A DNA stretch of 50,123 bases from Armatimonadota bacterium (GCA_034722055.1 JAYENL010000106.1:36871-86993); one strand, 5' to 3'. Positions 30,083 through 40,558 are shown, counted from the first letter of the stretch. Notes: generated by a model from the letters alone, not told the origin. Numbers and translations: made by a program.

Positions 30083-31534
30083 TCAGTCGGTCCGTCCCGG
30101 CACCGCCGGCCGCCAGCTCCACGACTGCCAGCGCAGCAGGTCCCACAGGCGCTCTACGTCCAGGTCCGGCGGCATGTTGCTGGAGCCGAAGCGCCGGTCG
30201 GTGATGGTCGGCGTCGCCACCACGCCCGGGAGCGTCGGGACCGGCTCCACGGTCACCTCCGCCGGCAGCTCCCCGGTGTCCTCGTAGCCCAGCACCAGCC
30301 CGGCCGCCAGGTGCAGCAGCTCCGCGGGGCCGACATCGGCGCGGCTGGCCCGCAGCTTCCCGGGCAGCCGGCGGTCGTCCATCATGACCGCGTAGGCCGC
30401 CATGCAGCCGGCGAAGATGCTCCTGCGCTGGAGAGTGATGGGCTCCTCGCACTGCATCGGTTCCTCAGTGGGCCCGAGGAGGCGCTGGACGGGGATGTGC
30501 TCCGGCCAGCGATTGTGCCGATAGCAGTATTGCACCGCGAAGATGAGCATCCCGGTGACGTCCGCGGGCGAGAAGCTGGTCCCAAAGTCGGTGACCGCAT
30601 CCAGGCTCTCGGTCATCCGCCGCGCCAGCGACACGAGCTGCTCCCAGGTCACCCACTGCTGGCCGGGCTCCTCGTCCCGCTCGCACAGCGCCGCATAGCT
30701 GGTCAGGTTCACGTCGTCGCGCGTCCTGATCCACCGCAGCAGCCTGCGGAGATGCTCGTAGGCGGCCTCGGTGTCCTGGGGAGTGCGCTCGCGGGCGGCG
30801 GCGTCGATGCGCGGCCGGGGATACGAGCCGGCGCTGCCGTAGCGGAAGAGAGTGGCGTACTCCCACAGGCTGCCCCACTCGCGGATCACCCAGCACACGG
30901 GGTGGCCGACGAAGCTGATGAAGTCCCTCTGCTGGGCCATGCGCTCGAAGCTGGCCTGCGTCTCGCGCAGGTCCTCATCGGGATCAGCCGGCGGCTTCGT
31001 CTCCTCGGGCGCGAGCGGATCGTACTCCATGTTCCACGATCCCTGGCTGGAGACCACGCAGTTCGAGCGCGGCCAGCTCAGCCAGTTCATGATCCACCCG
31101 CGGGGGCCGCCCGCCCAGCAGCGCACGCCGGCCAGCTTCATGGCGTACTGCATGGGCAGCGACTGCTGGGCCTGGTGGCAGCACCAGGCGACGGGGAACT
31201 GCCCGGTGATCTCTGCGACATCGTGCAGACCCTTCGCCTCCACGTGCAGCGCCATCTCGACGGCCTCGTCGAAGGGCAGGCGCACGCCGTAGCCGGTGGC
31301 TGGCTCCGGGAAGTCGCCCCAGTAGTTCCCGTGGTAGCAGATCTCGTGCTCGGCGATCGCGTCCAGCACATCCCGCCGGCCGCGCTCGCGCATCGTCCGG
31401 GCCTTCTCCGCGGCCACGAACATGCTCGCAGGCACGCCCTCCTCGGCGTGAATGCGGCATATCTGCAGCAGGGCATCATCGGACTCGGGGTTGTACACAT
31501 CCTCCACATCATACGCGAAGATGACGTCGATCAC
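30083..31534 (-). CDS. Polysaccharide deacetylase-like protein, paralog of 13611-15047
   Basis: FAYDVEDVYNPESDDALL, AEKAR, HEICYHG, VGHP, SFSPAD, RLLGPTE all align by eye with the 13.6-kb gene. Confidence 0.7.
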   Translation of the reverse strand: MIDVIFAYDVEDVYNPESDDALLQICRIHAEEGVPASMFVAAEKARTMRERGRRDVLDAIAEHEICYHGNYWGDFPEPATGYGVRLPFDEAVEMALHVEAKGLHDVAEITGQFPVAWCCHQAQQSLPMQYAMKLAGVRCWAGGPRGWIMNWLSWPRSNCVVSSQGSWNMEYDPLAPEETKPPADPDEDLRETQASFERMAQQRDFISFVGHPVCWVIREWGSLWEYATLFRYGSAGSYPRPRIDAAARERTPQDTEAAYEHLRRLLRWIRTRDDVNLTSYAALCERDEEPGQQWVTWEQLVSLARRMTESLDAVTDFGTSFSPADVTGMLIFAVQYCYRHNRWPEHIPVQRLLGPTEEPMQCEEPITLQRRSIFAGCMAAYAVMMDDRRLPGKLRASRADVGPAELLHLAAGLVLGYEDTGELPAEVTVEPVPTLPGVVATPTITDRRFGSSNMPPDLDVERLWDLLRWQSWSWRPAVPGRTD

Positions 31535-31715
31535 GGCCCATCCCTCCCGAAGTACCTGGCCTCAGTCATGGCGTAGCGCCGGCAGGGCACAGATGACCCA
31601 GCCTCTGCGCTGAGGCAGGTTCAACTCCATGCGCCTCGTCCCCTCCCGGAAGGGCCTCCGTTCCGGCCCGTCGGCTGCCGCTCCATCTGTGCGACTGTTC
31701 TGTGCGTGATCTCGC

Positions 31716-32130
31716 GTGGCGCAGGCTTGCAGCCTGCGGTGGTCACGAGTCGATGCTCACCCGTGGGGCAGGCATCCTGCCTGCCGCGCGGGATCAGGCG
31801 GGAACGACCGTGGTGGGCCGACCTCGCGCCTCCGGCGCTCGTGCGGCCCCTCCGACGGCCTCACGCCGTGCCGTCGAGACCGCTTCCGGTCTCCCGAGGA
31901 GCCGACCACAGGGGCTGCCGCGCCGCGCTCGCGCCCGGTCGTTTGCCGTTCCGTTTGGAGGGGCGCGACTACGTTCGCGCCCGGTCGTTTGCCGTTGCCG
32001 CGCCGTTTGGAGGGGCCGGTCTCCGTCCCGGCCCGGTCGTTGTCGTTAGCGAGGACGCACGCGGGACGAAGTGGGCTGCACAGGGCCTGTAGCCTAGCAA
32101 AAGCGTAGGCTGGGGTTCCAGCCCGGCAGA
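31716..32130. repeat. Mosaic REP/BIME-like cluster 3
   Basis: GTGG+CGCAGGCTTGCAGCCTGCG, GTGG+GGCAGGCATCCTGCCTGCC, a 57-nt unit at 31801-31857, direct copies of TCGCGCCCGGTCGTTTGCCGTT (31929, 31975), GTAG+GCTGGGGTTCCAGCCCGGC. Confidence 0.85.
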
Positions 32131-32332
32131 GACCCGGACGTCGCCAGGGCGCCGGGCCACGGCGCCAACGGCTGCCGACGACTACCCGGCCGCGGATACG
32201 TTGTGACACAGTACGGGCTGCCCTACACGGTTGATGCGGACGCATGGAGGAGTTGGCCGCTCCCACTGCGAAAGCCCCCCCCGCAGTCGCGGATGGACCG
32301 GCCAAGACCGGAGTTTGCGGGAGGACCACCTC

Positions 32333-33475
32333 ATGGAGTTCGTAGGCGTGCTCTTGAGCGTCTGCGCGGGCGCGAATGCCGCGGAGACCGGCGTCGTCAG
32401 CTACGATCCCGACCGCGCCTGGAAGGGCTACACCCTCTACTGCGAGAGTTGGGAGGACCCGTCGCAAGCCCCCGATGGCCGCGGCGAGATCCACCTCATC
32501 GACATGGAGGGCGAGCTCGTGCACCGGTGGTACGTCGAGACCGCGCTGCAGTCGTTCTGCAGGCTGCTGCCCGACGGGAACCTGCTCTACCCCACGCGCG
32601 ATCGCTCAAGTATCAGGGAGGCCGGCCTGCGCGAGCTTGACCCCGACAGCAACGTAGTCTGGTACTACCACTGCCGCGTGGACCACGACTACCAGGTGTT
32701 CGACGACGGCCGCTTGCTGATCCACACCATCCGCGATCACATGTGGCCCCAGCTCGGCCCCCAGCTTAAGCGCTGCCCCTACATGGTGGAGATCAACCGC
32801 GACAAGGAGCTGCTGTGGGAGTGGCATGGCGAGCACCACCTGGAGGAGCTGGAGGCGCTGCTGCCCCCTGAGGCCTGGGAGCACGTGTGGTCGCGCATCC
32901 AGGGCGACTTCTCCTTCGACTGGGCGCACAACAACACGCTGCAGATCATCCCGCCGAACAAGACCTGGGAGAAGGAGCGGGCGGAGGGCCGGCCCGAGCG
33001 CTTCAAGCCCGGCAATATCGTGTTCTCGTATCGCAGCCTCGACGTCATCGGTGTCATTGACCGCGAGACTTCCGAGATCGTCTGGGCCTGGGGCCCCGGC
33101 GTCATCGACGGCCAGCACAAGCCCCATATGCTGCCCAACGGGAACATCATGCTCTTCGACAACGGGACTCTGCGCGGCTTCTCGCGCGTGATCGAGGTCA
33201 ACCCGCTGACCGAGGAGATTGAGTGGGAGTACCGCGCGCAGACCCCGGGCGACTTCTTCTCGCCCTACATCTCCGGCGGCCAGCGGCTGCCCAACGGCAA
33301 CACCCTCATCTGCGAGGGTGGCAAGGCCCACCTGTTCGAGGTCACGCCCGAGGGCGAGATCGTCTGGGACTTCTTCGATCCCTTCCACAAGGAGGGCGGG
33401 CTGAAGAGCGTCTACCGCTGCCTGCGCTACTCACCGGAGTATTGCCAGGCCCTGTTCGATCGCATCACCGACTGA
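32333..33475 (+). CDS. Arylsulfotransferase (ASST)-like beta-propeller protein
   Basis: GYTLY, IHLIDMEGELVHRW, DWAHNN, GQHKPHMLPNGNIMLFDNG, SRVIEVNP, SGGQRLPNGNTLICEG. Confidence 0.85.
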   Translation: MEFVGVLLSVCAGANAAETGVVSYDPDRAWKGYTLYCESWEDPSQAPDGRGEIHLIDMEGELVHRWYVETALQSFCRLLPDGNLLYPTRDRSSIREAGLRELDPDSNVVWYYHCRVDHDYQVFDDGRLLIHTIRDHMWPQLGPQLKRCPYMVEINRDKELLWEWHGEHHLEELEALLPPEAWEHVWSRIQGDFSFDWAHNNTLQIIPPNKTWEKERAEGRPERFKPGNIVFSYRSLDVIGVIDRETSEIVWAWGPGVIDGQHKPHMLPNGNIMLFDNGTLRGFSRVIEVNPLTEEIEWEYRAQTPGDFFSPYISGGQRLPNGNTLICEGGKAHLFEVTPEGEIVWDFFDPFHKEGGLKSVYRCLRYSPEYCQALFDRITD

Positions 33476-33508
33476 CAAGCGGTGAACCCACTCCGCTGGG
33501 AGGCGAAT

Positions 33509-36500
33509 ATGCGCTATGCCTGCACACTCGCGGCCGCGCTGCTGGCCGCGACGCTGACCGTTGCTCGCGCCGACGAGATCACCTGGCGCTTCGACACCGA
33601 TGGCGACCTGGAGGGATGGACGCCGGCCAACTTCGAGACAATCGAGGTCCGGGAGGGCATGCTGCGCGGGGTCACGCAGTACGACTGCATGCTGACCTCG
33701 CCGGAGCTGAACATCGACGCCGGCGAGTATACGGTCGTGGAGTTCCGGGTCTCCAGCACGATCACAGCGGGCGGTGAGGTCTTCTGGCACCAGCCCGGCA
33801 ACAGCTTCGCGCCCGAGCGCAAGCGCCGCCACGTGGTCTACGCCTCCGATCAGCCGCGAGTCTACCGCTCGCGCGTGGGTGAGGTCGAGACCTGGCGGGG
33901 GACCATCTCACGCATTCGGCTGGACATCGTCAACCCGGCTGGCGCCGAGATCGCCCTGGACTACGTGCGCCTCACCTCCGAGCAGCCGGGCGTGGTCCCC
34001 AACGCGGGCTTCGAGGATGACCTCGACGGCGACGATCTGCCCGACGGGTGGCGCGTGGCGGCCGCCGGCAGCGCCTGGTCATCCGAGCACGCTGTGCAGG
34101 GCGACCGCTCGCTGATGCTGGCCTCGACGCCGCCGCGGCGCGAGGCCATCGCGACCGCCCGCGTTCCTCTCGACCGCACTGGCGTCTACGCCCTCGACGC
34201 CACCGTGACGCACACCGACCGCCGGCCCAGAGAGCTGGCCGTGGAGCTGGCGTTCTTCGACGTCTTCGGCGAGCGGCTGAAGGGCGCCGATATCTCGGCG
34301 AGCGAGATCACGCAGGACGAGCGGGGCCTGGCCCACGTGGTCGGCGAGCTGGAGGTGCCGCGCCTGGCCGCCTCGGCGGAGCTGGCCCTGCGGGTGGAGG
34401 GCGTGGCGCGGGTGTGGTGGGATTCCATCGAGCTGCGCCATGTGATGGAGTCCCTGAGCGCCTGCCAGCGGCCGCTGGAGGGCTGGCGGGCCCGCTGGAT
34501 CTGGGCGGAGGCGACACACGGCGAGGACGACGCGCCGGCGTTCTTCCGCCGCACCTTCCGGCTGCAGGTCCCGCCAGGGAAGCTGACGGCCGCCACGGCG
34601 CAGATCACGGCCGATGACACATACACGCTGTGGGTGAACGGCGAGCAGGTCGCTGAGAGCACGGAGGTGGACGGCTGGAGGACGCCCGAGACGGTGGACC
34701 TGGCTCCGCACCTGGCGCGAGGGGACAACGTCATCGCCGTGGAGGCCCGCGACGTGGCCAGCGCGGAGGGGCTGCTGTTCGAGGGCGCCGTCATCTGGCC
34801 CCGTGGCTCCCTGGAGATTCTCAGCGATGGGACCTGGAAGGCCATCGGCGAGCCGCCGGCGGACGGCTGGAGGCAGGCCGACTTCGACGACAGCGACTGG
34901 CCGCCGGCGACCGTCATCGCCGAGGCCGGCTCGTCCCCGTGGGGGCCGGTGCCCTACGAGTACATGGCCCCGCGCGAGGCGGTGGAGCTGGTCAGCGTGA
35001 CCATGCCGAGGGAGATCGCCGCCGGGGAGGAGCTGGCCGTCTCCGCTGTGGTCTCGCATCTGCCCGAGACCGCCGGCGACAACCCGCTGCGCATGAGCCT
35101 GATGCGGGACGGCGAGGAGCTGCTGTGTCGGAGCCGCCCGGTGGCTGATGCGGCCGGGGAGACGGAGACGGGCATCCGGCTGGGCCCCGTCAGAGTGCGC
35201 ACCTCGCGCTTCCTGCCGCCGGGCGACTATCAGGTCGCACTTGGCTTCCCGCGCACGACCTATCCCGAGAAGGATGGCATTGGCATCGGCGCGCTCAAGG
35301 TCCGGCCGCCGGCCACCGCCGAGCGCCGCCCGAAGGTCGCCGTGCGCGTCCACAACGGCCTCCCCACGCTCTTCCTGGACGGCTCTCCCAGCCCCTTCAT
35401 GCACTATCAGGAGCTGGTCGTGGGCCCCCAGCGCATCCGGAACATGTCCGACGCCGGCATCCACATCTACTTCCTTCGCGCCGACGACATCGGCTGGAAG
35501 GGCGCCGGCAGCTTCGACTACACCGACTGGGACGCGAAGGTCGTGGAGCTGCTCAGCTACGATCCCCAGGCGCGCATCATCCCGGCCTTCACCATCTCCG
35601 GGCGCCACCAGCAGTGGTGGCTGGACGAGCATCCCGACGAGCTGGCCCGGACGGAGTCCGGGAGCGATCAGGTGGGCATCTACCACCACGCCGGGCGAGC
35701 TATCTCGCTGGCCTCGGAGCTGTGGCGCGAGGAGAGCGGCCACGCGGTGGAGCGGTTCGTGGCCCACTGCGGCGCCGCAGCCTACGCCAGCCGCATCCTG
35801 GGCTACCTGGTCGCCAGCGGCGTCTCATGGGAGTGGCAGCACTGGGGCTCGGTGGGCGACCACGAGCCCACCGACTACTCGGAGCCGATGCAGCAGGCCT
35901 TCCGCGACTGGGTGCGAGAGCGCTACGAGAGCGAGGAGGCCCTCCGCGAGGCGTGGCAGATGCCGGAGGTCGGCTTCGAGACGGTGCAAATCCCATCCGT
36001 CGAGGAGCGCGACGCGGCCGACCACATGCTCTTCCGCGACCCGCGCACCTCTCGGTACGTCATCGACTTCTACCTGTTCTACCAGGATGTGATGGCCCAG
36101 GGCATCCTGCACTACTTGGGGATCATCAAGGAGGCCTCCGGCGGCGAGGCGTTGGCGGGAACCTACTACGGCTATGTGGTCACGATGCTTGGCGGTGCGC
36201 GCCGCGCAGGCGACTCCGGCCACATGGCGCTGTCCACCGTCATGCGCTCGGAGCTGTGCGACTTCCTCATCTCACCGTGGGACTACTCCAACCGCGCGGT
36301 GGGGGAGCCGACCACGGTGATGAGCGCCATCGGCTCCGTGCTCGCCAATGGCAAGCTGTGGGCCATGGAGACTGATCTGCGCACCCACCTGGTGGAGGAT
36401 GAGCGCCAGCGGGGATACGGGGCCCCGGAGCACCTGCAGGGGACCATCAGCCAGCACCGCCGGGCGCTGGCCAGCGCCGCCACCAAGGGCGCGGCCGTGC

Positions 36501-37447
36501 GATGGTATGACTTCAGCAACGGCTGGATCTCAGCCGACCCGCGGCAGACGCGGGCCATCGGCCAGCTTCGCGAGATCGCCGAGCGCTGGGTGGGATGGGA
36601 CCGCTCACCCGACCCGAACGGGATCGCGGTGGTGGTGGATGAGGACACGCCCGCCGCCTACCTCAGCCACTACATCGAAGCCATGCAGTGGCTGGTGTTC
36701 AGGCAGAAGGCGGCCTTCGAGCGGGTGGGGGCGCCCTGGAACATCTACCTTCTTGACGACATCGTGGCGGAGCGGGTGCCCAGGTTCCGGGCCTACTTCT
36801 TCCTCAACTGCTTCCACATGACCGACGAGGAGCGGCGCTACATCGAGGAGAAGCTGCAGTCCGACGGTCGCACGCTGGTGTGGTTCTACGCGCCGGGGTA
36901 CATCGCCGAGGACCTGGACGCCGCCCGCATCTCGCAGCTCACCGGCATGCAGTTCCGCGAGATCCCGCAGGTGCGCGAGTGGCGCATTGAGCTGATCCCG
37001 GACACCGAGTGGACTGATGGGATCAGCGAGGGCCAGAATCAGCAGCCGGGCATCGAGATCGGGCCGATCTTCGTGCCCGACGAGGAGGGCATCGAGGTGC
37101 TCGGGCGCTGGGCGGAGGGCGGGGAGCCGGGCCTGGCAGTGGCGCGGTTCAAGCACTACACCAGCGTCTACTCGGCTGCGCCCATCCTCTCGCCGAGGCT
37201 GCTCAAGCGCATCTGCCGCCACGCTGGCGTGCCCGTGCGCGTGCAGGGCACCGAGCCCTGCTACGTCAGCCGCAATCTCATTGGCTTGCACGGCGCGGTG
37301 CCGCGCACAGAGACGCTGCACTTTGAGGAGCCGATGCGCGTGATCGACCTGGTGACCGGCGAGATCCTGGCGGCGGCCTGCGCGGAGCTTGAGGTGGCGG
37401 TGGACGGCCCGGGGACGAGGCTGCTGCGGACGTATCCGGCGTACTGA
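33509..37447 (+). CDS. Large exported multidomain glycoside hydrolase (CBM-like, rhamnosidase N-terminal-like and GH42/beta-galactosidase-like domains)
   Basis: Signal peptide, IRLDI, PNAGFE, WIW...FFRRTF...ITADDTYTLWVNG, ISLASELWR, DYSEPMQQAFRDW, WAMETDLRT, WFYAPG. Confidence 0.75.
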   Translation: MRYACTLAAALLAATLTVARADEITWRFDTDGDLEGWTPANFETIEVREGMLRGVTQYDCMLTSPELNIDAGEYTVVEFRVSSTITAGGEVFWHQPGNSFAPERKRRHVVYASDQPRVYRSRVGEVETWRGTISRIRLDIVNPAGAEIALDYVRLTSEQPGVVPNAGFEDDLDGDDLPDGWRVAAAGSAWSSEHAVQGDRSLMLASTPPRREAIATARVPLDRTGVYALDATVTHTDRRPRELAVELAFFDVFGERLKGADISASEITQDERGLAHVVGELEVPRLAASAELALRVEGVARVWWDSIELRHVMESLSACQRPLEGWRARWIWAEATHGEDDAPAFFRRTFRLQVPPGKLTAATAQITADDTYTLWVNGEQVAESTEVDGWRTPETVDLAPHLARGDNVIAVEARDVASAEGLLFEGAVIWPRGSLEILSDGTWKAIGEPPADGWRQADFDDSDWPPATVIAEAGSSPWGPVPYEYMAPREAVELVSVTMPREIAAGEELAVSAVVSHLPETAGDNPLRMSLMRDGEELLCRSRPVADAAGETETGIRLGPVRVRTSRFLPPGDYQVALGFPRTTYPEKDGIGIGALKVRPPATAERRPKVAVRVHNGLPTLFLDGSPSPFMHYQELVVGPQRIRNMSDAGIHIYFLRADDIGWKGAGSFDYTDWDAKVVELLSYDPQARIIPAFTISGRHQQWWLDEHPDELARTESGSDQVGIYHHAGRAISLASELWREESGHAVERFVAHCGAAAYASRILGYLVASGVSWEWQHWGSVGDHEPTDYSEPMQQAFRDWVRERYESEEALREAWQMPEVGFETVQIPSVEERDAADHMLFRDPRTSRYVIDFYLFYQDVMAQGILHYLGIIKEASGGEALAGTYYGYVVTMLGGARRAGDSGHMALSTVMRSELCDFLISPWDYSNRAVGEPTTVMSAIGSVLANGKLWAMETDLRTHLVEDERQRGYGAPEHLQGTISQHRRALASAATKGAAVRWYDFSNGWISADPRQTRAIGQLREIAERWVGWDRSPDPNGIAVVVDEDTPAAYLSHYIEAMQWLVFRQKAAFERVGAPWNIYLLDDIVAERVPRFRAYFFLNCFHMTDEERRYIEEKLQSDGRTLVWFYAPGYIAEDLDAARISQLTGMQFREIPQVREWRIELIPDTEWTDGISEGQNQQPGIEIGPIFVPDEEGIEVLGRWAEGGEPGLAVARFKHYTSVYSAAPILSPRLLKRICRHAGVPVRVQGTEPCYVSRNLIGLHGAVPRTETLHFEEPMRVIDLVTGEILAAACAELEVAVDGPGTRLLRTYPAY

Positions 37448-37454
37448 GCTGACC

Positions 37455-37845
37455 AGCGGAACGACGCGGACGCATCTGACGATGCGTCCCTCCGCACGAC
37501 GAGCGACTTGCGACTCCCACCACACCGCCGCGCCGTTCGGAGCGACGGGTCTTCAGACCCGTCGGTCGTTCCGTGGCGCAGGCTTCCAGCCTGCGGCCGT
37601 TCGCATTGGCAGACGACAACGACAGGCGGCGTAGGCACGCCGCCGCTCCGTACGGCAGGGCACGGCGTCACGCCGTTCGGAGCGACGGGTCTTCAGACCC
37701 GTCGGCCGTTCCGTGGCGCAGGCTTCCAGCCTGCGATCGTCATGTCGTTGGAGGGGCCGCACGAGCGCCGAAGGCGCGAGGCCGGCCCACCAGGGTCGTT
37801 CCAGGTTCTCCCGCCGCGCCGAGGCGCACGCCTCGCCTCACGCGC
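37455..37845. repeat. Mosaic REP/BIME-like cluster 4
   Basis: 65-nt direct repeat at 37531-37595 and 37671-37735 (64/65, 140-nt period) around a GACAGGCGGCGTAGGCACGCCGCCGCTCCGTACG unit. 57-nt unit at 37746-37802. Confidence 0.92.
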
Positions 37846-37851
37846 GCATCC

Positions 37852-39093
37852 CTACGCCAGGTACGCCTCCTCGCACTTGCGCAGAGCCTCAGCGGTGTCG
37901 ATGGCCTCCTGCTCGGTGAGGCACTCGTGGCAGCCCATGCGCATGTGATTCTCGTCCGCCGCCTCGGCGTTGGGCACTGACAGCGCCCACTCCCAATCCC
38001 CGTCCGGCCACACGCACTCCCACGGGAAGTCGCTCTCGCGCCCGAATGCCGTCTTGCTCTGCAGCCAGTGGGCGTGCGGGGCGATGGCACCGTACTTCAG
38101 GCCCATCGGGATGCCCTCCGCCTGGATGGCCTCCACGAGGGTGGCCTTGTCGCAGGTGAGCTTCTCGGGGTAGACGCGCAGCAGCAGGAACCACCACGCT
38201 GGCTCGGAGTCCTCGGGGTACCAGCAGACGCTCACGCTCTCGAGGTCCGCGATCTCCTCCTCCAGCCTGGAGACGAAGGCCCGGCGGCGGTCGGCGATCT
38301 TCACCATCTTCTCGAGCTGCACCATCCCGATGCAGGCGTCCAGCTCCGTCATGCGGTAGTTCATACCCAGGAAGATGTTGCTGCCCACATCGGTGTTGAA
38401 GGGCTTGCCGCGGTCGGCGAAGCGCTTGGCGTTCCAGTACAGCTCCTCGTCATCGGTGACCACCATGCCGCCCTGCCCGCCGGAGGTGGTGTGCTTGCCG
38501 GACATGAGGCTGAAGGCGCCGGCGTCGCCGAAGGTCCCCACCATCTGGCCGTGATAGGTGGCCGCATGCGCCTGCGCGCAGTCCTCGATGACGGGAAGGT
38601 CATGCTCCCCGGCGATGGCCATGATCTCGTCCATCTCGCACGGGATTCCCGCGATATGCCCGCAGACGATGGCGCCGGTGCGCTCCGTGAGCTTCTCGCG
38701 GATGCCGTCGGGGCTCATGTTCATGCACTCGGGGGAGGCGTCGGCGAACACCGGGATCAGCCCCAGGGCCACGACCGGCATGACCGCGCCCTGGTCGGTG
38801 ATCGGAGCGGAGATGACCTCCGTGCCCGGCTCCAGCCGCAGGGCGCCCAGGGCGGAGTGGATCGCGGCCGTCCCCGCGCTCATCCCGGTGGCCCAGCGCG
38901 TGCCCACGGCCTCGGCGAACTTCTGCTCGTACTCATCCACCAGCTCACCGGCGTATCGGTCGAAGGCTCCCCCCTCCTTGGCCGCGGTCATCAGGTCCAT
39001 AACCGCCTCGATCTCGCGGTCGTCGATCTGCACCCGGCCGGGCCATGGCTCGCTGCGAACCGGCGTTCCGCCCTCAATCGCAAGCTGACTCAT
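37852..39093 (-). CDS. DegT/DnrJ/EryC1/StrS family PLP-dependent aminotransferase
   Basis: LAIEGGTPVR, SAGTAAIH, VIEDCAQAHAA, FSLMSGKHTTSGGQGG, GMNYRMTE. Confidence 0.93.
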   Translation of the reverse strand: MSQLAIEGGTPVRSEPWPGRVQIDDREIEAVMDLMTAAKEGGAFDRYAGELVDEYEQKFAEAVGTRWATGMSAGTAAIHSALGALRLEPGTEVISAPITDQGAVMPVVALGLIPVFADASPECMNMSPDGIREKLTERTGAIVCGHIAGIPCEMDEIMAIAGEHDLPVIEDCAQAHAATYHGQMVGTFGDAGAFSLMSGKHTTSGGQGGMVVTDDEELYWNAKRFADRGKPFNTDVGSNIFLGMNYRMTELDACIGMVQLEKMVKIADRRRAFVSRLEEEIADLESVSVCWYPEDSEPAWWFLLLRVYPEKLTCDKATLVEAIQAEGIPMGLKYGAIAPHAHWLQSKTAFGRESDFPWECVWPDGDWEWALSVPNAEAADENHMRMGCHECLTEQEAIDTAEALRKCEEAYLA

Positions 39094-39334
39094 CGTAAGA
39101 CCTCAATTCATGCCGTGCTCCCGCACGGTCAGAGATAGCGGCGTGCGGCGGGAGGTTTCGCCACCGCCGCGGCCTTCCCTTCCACGCGCAGCCCGAGCGC
39201 TGCGCCCCCAGCGCCACGGGCAGCGGCTGGCACGGTGAGCTCACCAGCCCCGTCCTTTGGTGCGTTGAAGGGCGGTGGTGGGGAGGCGGCGAACCCTCGC
39301 CGTCGCGGGGTGCGCATTCCAAGTGTCGGTGGAA

Positions 39335-39396
39335 CGCGCGGGCGAGGGCGCCCGCGCCCCAGTACTCAGCTGGGTTGCGGGCGCCCACGCCCGCAA
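39335..39396. repeat. Inverted REP-like doublet
   Basis: GCGGGCGAGGGCGCCCGCGCCCCAG and CTGGGTTGCGGGCGCCCACGCCCGC are near reverse complements around AGTACT. Confidence 0.6.
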
Positions 39397-39456
39397 CCGA
39401 CAATCTGAGGCCGCACCCCCTTCGTGCCAGCAGCTACATGCGCTGGAGGGCAGGTC

Positions 39457-40530
39457 ATGGTCGGACAGCTCAGCCCCCGTGAGCGGGTGGAGCGCGCGCT
39501 GCGCTTCGAGGACGTCGATCACGTCCCATTCACCGTCTACGAGTGCATGATCCCGCAGTGCGAGGCCGAGCGGACCATGCGCAACGAGGGCCTGTGCATC
39601 CACCAGCGCCGGCCCTCCGTCTACAGCAGCCACAGCCCTGGGATCACAACCGAGACCCACACCTACGTCGAGAACGGCCGGTCGCGCACCCGCACCATCA
39701 TCCACACGCCCGAGGGCGACCTCACCGAGGTGCGGGAGCCGGCCGACTTCACAAGCTGGCACCTCGAAAAGCCTTTCAAATGCCCAGACGACTACCCGCC
39801 GCTTATCGCCATGATCGACGCGCAGCAGTACGTCCCCAACTACGGGGCCTGGCAACGCATGAGCGATATGATGGGCGGCGACGCCGTCATGCGCGGCGGC
39901 ATTGGCTACTCCCCGATGCAGCATATCATCCACCGAGTCATGGGCGTGGAGGTCTTCGCCGTCGAGTGGGCCGAGCGCCGCGACGAGGTCCTCGCGCTCT
40001 ACGACGCCCTCGTCGAGAACCGCCGCCGGCTCTACCCCGTCTGCGCCGAAAGCCCCTGCCAGTACTTCAACTACGGCGGCAACGTCAGCCCCGAGATCGT
40101 CGGCGAGCAGCGCTTCCGCGACTACTACGTGCCCCACTACGAGGAGTTCGCGGAGGTCATGCACGCGGCGGGGAAGCTGGTGGGCGTGCACTTCGACGCC
40201 AACACCCGAATCATCGCCGACGCCATCGCAGAGACCTCCCTGGACTACATCGAGGCATTCTCCCCGGCGCCCGACACCGACATGAGCGTGGCCGACGCCC
40301 GCGCGGTTTGGCCTGACAAGGCCCTGTGGATCAACTACCCGTCATCGGTCTTCCTCCGCAGCGACGAGGAGATGAAGCAGGTCACCATCGATCTGCTCAG
40401 GCAGGCGGCGCCGGGCAACGGCTTTCTGATCGGGATCACCGAGGACATGCCGCCGGATCGGTGGATCCCCGGCTGCATGACCATCACGCGCACCGTCCGC
40501 GAGCGCGGGCGGCTGCCAATCGAGCCATAG
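39457..40530 (+). CDS. Uroporphyrinogen decarboxylase (URO-D/MtaA-like) family protein
   Basis: LSPRERVERALRFEDVDHVP, TPEGDL, VSPEI, GKLVGVHFDA, IEAFSPAP, FLIGITED. Confidence 0.8.
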   Translation: MVGQLSPRERVERALRFEDVDHVPFTVYECMIPQCEAERTMRNEGLCIHQRRPSVYSSHSPGITTETHTYVENGRSRTRTIIHTPEGDLTEVREPADFTSWHLEKPFKCPDDYPPLIAMIDAQQYVPNYGAWQRMSDMMGGDAVMRGGIGYSPMQHIIHRVMGVEVFAVEWAERRDEVLALYDALVENRRRLYPVCAESPCQYFNYGGNVSPEIVGEQRFRDYYVPHYEEFAEVMHAAGKLVGVHFDANTRIIADAIAETSLDYIEAFSPAPDTDMSVADARAVWPDKALWINYPSSVFLRSDEEMKQVTIDLLRQAAPGNGFLIGITEDMPPDRWIPGCMTITRTVRERGRLPIEP

Positions 40531-40558
40531 CGCCATACAAACCCAGGAGGGACAAGAC

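Noticed and set aside
37852..39093. DegT aminotransferase as part of an O-antigen or antibiotic cluster
   Set aside because: No glycosyltransferase, nucleotidyltransferase or PKS/NRPS genes nearby.
39147..39301. Imperfect inverted repeat (GGCGGGAGGTTTCGCCACC / GGCGGCGAACCCTCGCC) as a MITE
   Set aside because: Short, gapped and GC-rich, with no second copy or target duplication in the window.
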